This document shows, piece by piece, positions 62,400-64,000 of a stretch of DNA of 64,000 nt. Position 1 is the stretch's first letter, and the number at the start of each line of letters is the position of its first letter. Source of the DNA: Callorhinchus milii. Lineage: Eukaryota. The notes beneath the pieces were generated by a model. That model was not told the origin of the DNA. It searched no databases and saw nothing but the letters and a program-made list of their open reading frames with translations. Location: assembly GCF_018977255.1 (NCBI RefSeq), contig NW_024704755.1, positions 15,748,001 through 15,812,000 on the forward strand, read 5' to 3'. The position numbers and the translations under genes are program-made.

Positions 62400-63150
62400 T
62401 CCGCTGAATTTGGTGTGTTCAGGCACAGGTTGCTTCACAGCATGTCATCTTGCAGCTACTGCAGCTCTAAGGAGATCTTGCTTACCTCCCCCCAAGGAGG
62501 ATAGTGGTCAGTTGATATCCAAGAAGCACAGGTTTGAGCCCTCAGTAGGTGGATGGCATCTACCAGGAACACCCTGCAAGTTTCCTCATGGGCAACCCAG
62601 CTAAGCATTACATTTGTGATAACATTGCCACCATCTTCCTGCCATAGCTAGGACACAGATCCCTTCCCATTGAGCAATGGGAAGTTGAAGGTGCTGAGTT
62701 TGAGCAGCACATGTATATGTCTCTGCATAACAATCAAGGTTGATTCCAAGCCCTGGATATATGAACCTGTGTTACCAATTCAGATCCAGGAAGCACCATT
62801 GTCCCTCCAAGCAGCTGTCTCTCCCCATACCTCAGCATTTCCTCATCAACAATCTGATGGACATATGCCTTTGGTGTGGTGGAAGGACCTTTACAGGTCC
62901 TGTACAACTTGTGATTTGCCAGCTGCCTCGGTCCATCTCCAATGCTATGCACCAGACACGTTCTGCACCAGCTGCTTAATCCAGGGCCTCATGCAAAGGG
63001 ACTTGTCAAATAGACATGCCTGCTTTGTGTCTTCCAATCAAAAGCCTCTTCGGCCATACAGAAACATGGTTCTGCACTTGTGGGCAACTACCATCTTGTC
63101 CCACTGTGATCCTGTGTTCAAGATGGTGGCATCAGCAATATAGTCACAAT
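62400..63150 (-). mobile_element. Possible decayed PIF/Harbinger-like transposase
   Basis: Higher GC; weak minus-strand resemblance (QLLG-DNG, H..T...AIHLL) from memory only. Confidence 0.22.
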
Positions 63151-63559
63151 GGTGGCTATGGCTTGATCTGACTGAAGCATGATGATGGGTGTTTGCATGA
63201 CAATCTTTGTGTCAGGTGCCCACCTGACAATATAAAAAATATTTTCGAAGCATAAAATTAAGCACAAGCTCATGCTATTGTGCAATAAATAAACCTGTGC
63301 CATTCTCATTCTACTGCAGTTATTAAATGCCATTCAGTTGAACAACTCTATACATATCAGAGAACCTAAGGATTTTGCCGTTACTTAGTCGGACAAAACG
63401 GAACCAGATACAGTCCCAAGATTAAGTCAAATCTAATCATTACTTTAATATCCTTATATCTGGTGTAGGGCTTTGTCACTTCATTGAGGTGCCTCAAAAT
63501 CATCAAAGGATTTTACTGGGAAGCAGCATTTTACTTGGATTTTTCTGTAGGTACCCAGT

Positions 63560-63750
63560 ATTCAATTTGCTCGCAGCATTATCACACAAACAGTCTTGAA
63601 GTAAATGACCAATTTTCTTTTGGAGGATTGTTGGCCAGGAGCCTTGTATCAACTCCTTTTTCTTTTTTGGATAGAGTCATGCAATCTTTAACGTTCACCT
63701 GAACAGGTAGATGGGACCTTGGTTTAATAGCTCCAAAGAATGGTATCTCT
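63560..63750 (-). mobile_element. LF-SINE/Deu-like SINE fragment
   Basis: cacctgaacaggtagatgggaccttggtttaa is the reverse of the core seen at 11260. Confidence 0.5.
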
Positions 63751-64000
63751 AACAATGTTTTCTCCAGTTACTGCTCTGTTTTTTTTTGTGGGCACCATTT
63801 ATTGTTTTTATTGCTAACTTCTGTCTTTTTTAAAAACTTAAATTGTAATTCTTTTTAATCTTATCTGTCTCTGAGGTTATAAAATAACCATGAAAGTTAA
63901 GCTTTATCCTTGCAGATTTTGTTAGAACTAACATTCTTATACATGCTGAATCAATGCTTTAAAAGTGTCATGTTTGGTACAATAAAAAATCTGAATTTTA

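Noticed and set aside
1-64000. CRISPR arrays, rRNA or operon-like prokaryotic systems
   Set aside because: Spliced vertebrate genes and dispersed retroposons explain the repeats; no regular repeat-spacer array was seen

Overview
This is AT-rich vertebrate genomic DNA. The repeat content (CR1 and L2 LINEs, a tRNA-headed SINE, LF-SINE/Deu-like SINEs, Helitrons) suggests a cartilaginous fish, possibly a chimaera; that assignment is inference. The window holds a head-to-tail (+ strand) tandem cluster of six spliced immunoglobulin-superfamily receptor genes, called G1-G6 here. The shared architecture is leader / germline-joined VJ-type V exon / C1-set exon / TM exon / optional cytoplasmic exons, rebuilt by hand from splice sites and phases. 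The members differ in signalling type. G6 is inhibitory-type (ITIM+ITSM twice). G2 and G4 are activating-type (TM Arg, 16 apolar residues, then DHF, short tail). G5 is activating-type with a 1-nt frameshift at the Arg codon. G1 is a hybrid (TM Arg plus an ITIM/ITSM exon and one disabled motif exon). G3 is a pseudogene. G4 and G6 have almost identical V+C1 exons but opposite tails, and decayed inhibitory-tail exons lie downstream of G4. Together this looks like a paired-receptor system with ectodomain homogenisation. Its family (SIRP-like, NCR3LG1/B7-H6-like, NKp30-related or lineage-specific) cannot be fixed without a database search, so no gene symbols are given. Exon coordinates were counted base by base; repeat boundaries are approximate (tens of nt).
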